From: Nitrososphaerota archaeon
GTDB lineage: Archaea > Thermoproteota > Nitrososphaeria > Conexivisphaerales > Conexivisphaeraceae
Length of the DNA: 64,000 bases
Reading direction: 5' to 3'
Assembly: GCA_009903775.1 (NCBI GenBank)
Contig: WYEM01000040.1
Coordinates: 14,781 to 78,780 of the forward strand
Part shown: piece by piece, positions 59,032 to 64,000 of the stretch
Layout of the letters: each line of letters opens with the position of its first letter
Position numbering within the stretch: position 1 is the first letter of the stretch
Position numbers and translations under genes: made by a program
Notes under the pieces: generated by a model
Seen by the model: only the letters and a program-made list of their open reading frames with translations
What the model was told of the DNA's origin: nothing
Databases searched by the model: none

Positions 59032-60053
59032 TCGTAATCCGGCCTCAGCTTGTGAATTATAGTGTACCTATCCGGCCTCACGCTGGGCGCCATCACTATG
59101 GCCCGGCAGGCCTGATCCCTCGAGATCCCCAATTCGTGGAAAGTGGTCGGGGCGCCCACGTCCTCGAGCGCCTTCCTGATGCGCATCCAATTCAATCCGT
59201 GGAGCTTGGCAGCCACTATGGTCGCTATCCCGACCTTCTCACCATGGAGCCCCTTGCCCGGCGATATCAGATCCAGCGCGTGGCTTATCAGGTGCTCTGA
59301 TCCGCTGCAGGGCCTGCTACTCCCGGCTATGCCGGCAGCGACCCCCGCGCTTATCAGCGCCTCCACTAGCACCCTTACGCCGTCCTCGCTCATCCTGCCT
59401 ATCCTTTTCCTGTTATTGATCACGACCCTTGCGCTCAGCAGCGCCAAGTGGGCTGCATACTCGCCATAGTACTCCCCCCTCTCCAAATTAGCGAGCTTCC
59501 AGTCCCTCGTCGCGGTGATCTTGGCCAGCAGGTCGCCGAATCCGCTCCTCGACAGGTTGGGCGGCGATGATGCTATGGCGGATATGTCGGCTATCACCGC
59601 CCTCGGGGGGGACGTCATCTCGCTGTAGGGGGCGTCCGATCCCTTGAGGGATGCCATGGGGCTCGCTATTCCGTCGTGCGCAGCGCTCGTCGGGGCGCTT
59701 ATGAACCAGGCGCCGCTCACGTGCGCCGCGTACTTAGCCACGTCGATGGGCCTGCCCCCGCCCAGGCCTATGATCAGGTCGAATCCTCCGCGGGCGCCCG
59801 CTATCCTCAGCGCCTCCTCCTTCGTAGCGGCGTTCGCGAAAGTCACGGTCGGCTTTATACCGGAGCCCTCGAGGCTCCTCTCGACGCTCCCCCCGAATAT
59901 GCGCCAGACGTTCGGGCCCGTCACCACCAGCGCCCTGCGGATGTCGCCGAGCTCCCTGATCTCCTCCCCCATCCTCCCCAGCAGCTCCTCCCCGACGACC
60001 ACGCGCTCCGGCAGCCTCATCAGGTGCCTGCCCGCATCGCCGACCGATCCCAC
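58992..60053 (-). CDS. egsA: sn-glycerol-1-phosphate dehydrogenase
   Basis: GGG..ID..K, PTS..HDGIAS, SGSEHL.SH, HGE..G and RYTI motifs. Confidence 0.95.
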   Translation of the reverse strand: MGSVGDAGRHLMRLPERVVVGEELLGRMGEEIRELGDIRRALVVTGPNVWRIFGGSVERSLEGSGIKPTVTFANAATKEEALRIAGARGGFDLIIGLGGGRPIDVAKYAAHVSGAWFISAPTSAAHDGIASPMASLKGSDAPYSEMTSPPRAVIADISAIASSPPNLSRSGFGDLLAKITATRDWKLANLERGEYYGEYAAHLALLSARVVINNRKRIGRMSEDGVRVLVEALISAGVAAGIAGSSRPCSGSEHLISHALDLISPGKGLHGEKVGIATIVAAKLHGLNWMRIRKALEDVGAPTTFHELGISRDQACRAIVMAPSVRPDRYTIIHKLRPDYDQACSLVDELEVA

Positions 60054-60176
60054 GGGCGCCGTGATGGTCCGATCGGGAAATAAGCTTGCGCCCGGCCACC
60101 GCGCCGGCGGCGCTTCGCCTGGGCGGCATCCGGCGCGGATGTTGTAGCCCAAGGTTTAAAAGCGCTCGGCTTCAAG

Positions 60177-60499
60177 ATGAGAACAATGGTTGAGTCATCG
60201 CCTAAACAAGGGGCATGTTACATGTGCGCTCACTACTTACCCCATCCCCAGTACGGGTACATGGGGTACTGCGATGAGCGCGGCATTGTCTTCGGGCACC
60301 AGTACTGCGAAGGGTTCACTCCGATGAGCGCGGATCGCCTGATCGACGTCCTGAGGGCCCGCGGATGGGTGTACTGCGTCGACTGCCGCCGCGCGCTGTT
60401 CGACGCTGAGGAGGTGCTTGCGCACTTGAGGAGGGGCGAGCTGCTCACCGCGGAGTTCATGCAGGACGCGGTGGCCGCCGAGGAGGCATTGGTCGCGGA

Positions 60500-60503
<4 letters not shown>
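60177..60503 (+). CDS. Cys-rich putative metal-binding protein
   Basis: CYMC, GYC, YC and CVDC..H; stop overlaps the korA start. Confidence 0.7.
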
Positions 60504-63350
<2,847 letters not shown>

Positions 63351-63353
63351 CGG

Positions 63354-64000
63354 ATGCCGCTCCTGAGGCTGAGAAACCGCCACCTGATGTCGATCCTCGA
63401 GGTGCTGGCGGCGCCGTATTCCGTGTTCTACCGCGTACTGCCCCAGGCGGTCGCGCTCGGCATACTGATATACCGCTCGGCATACTGATATACATATCAT
63501 CATACATATACATGTCGTATCAGCACCTCGATCCGATATCGGCGCTGTACGCCGGCGTCAGCCTCGTCACCACGATAAGCGCGTACGCGCCGTCCCTGGG
63601 CGAGATGAGCTCCGCGGAGAAGCTCGTGCTGGCGGTAGTGATGGTGGCGTCCGTCTCCGCGTACGCGAGCGCCGCTGTAACGATAATAAACACGGTATCG
63701 AACAGGCAGACATGGCGCGACGCCAGGGCGAGGTGGAGGGGATCCCACGTGAAGGGCCACGTGCTCATAGTTGGCGATAAGCCGGACATAATTCACGCGG
63801 CATCGAAGCTGGAGTCGATGCGCGACGAGTACATGGTGCTCACGAGCAAGGGCGAAATGATGGGCCAGGTGCCGGCCAGCAGGGTCATAATAGGGGATCC
63901 GCTGAACGAAAGGGAGCTGAGGGCCGCGGGGGCCGACGCAGCGCGCGTGATAATGGTCATGATGTCGGAGGACGACGACGCGCTCGCCGTCCTCCTGAGG
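63354..64000 (+). pseudogene. Ion-channel/TrkA-N (RCK) protein frameshifted by a 20-bp tandem duplication; runs off window
   Basis: CGCTCGGCATACTGATATAC twice at 63454-63493; downstream frame gives TM-pore TTISAYAP-TM, HVLIVG and GDP..E.EL..AG...A. Confidence 0.75.

Overview
GC-rich archaeal chromosomal window of TACK type; gene content suggests a thermophilic basal Nitrososphaerota/Conexivisphaera-like lineage (inference). It holds about 70 mostly housekeeping genes (PCNA/priL/priS/GINS-L44e-S27e-aIF2a-nop10; S19e to ftsY; secE-spt5-L11-L1-L10; alaS, metG, tiaS, pyrE/F, egsA, korAB), 9 tRNAs (three with introns, one in the T-loop), 5S rRNA, RNase P RNA, an intact IS605-type TnpB element splitting a small gene after a TTGAC TAM, several TnpB-derived remnants, a decayed IS6 and several frameshifted genes. 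The main signal is the codon CGA. I found almost none inside the coding regions I read by eye, yet it lies in frame at or near the expected C-terminus of about 16 genes. In several of these the canonical stop is missing (ACT protein, Nop10, Hsp20, FtsY, ArgF, TatD, Spt5), and twice it forms a CGATG stop/start overlap. This suggests CGA acts as a fourth, possibly leaky or context-dependent, stop codon, or is C-to-U edited to UGA. Two apparent sense CGAs (ftsY codon 36, rpp21 codon 2) and AT-to-GC mutational drift are the main caveats.
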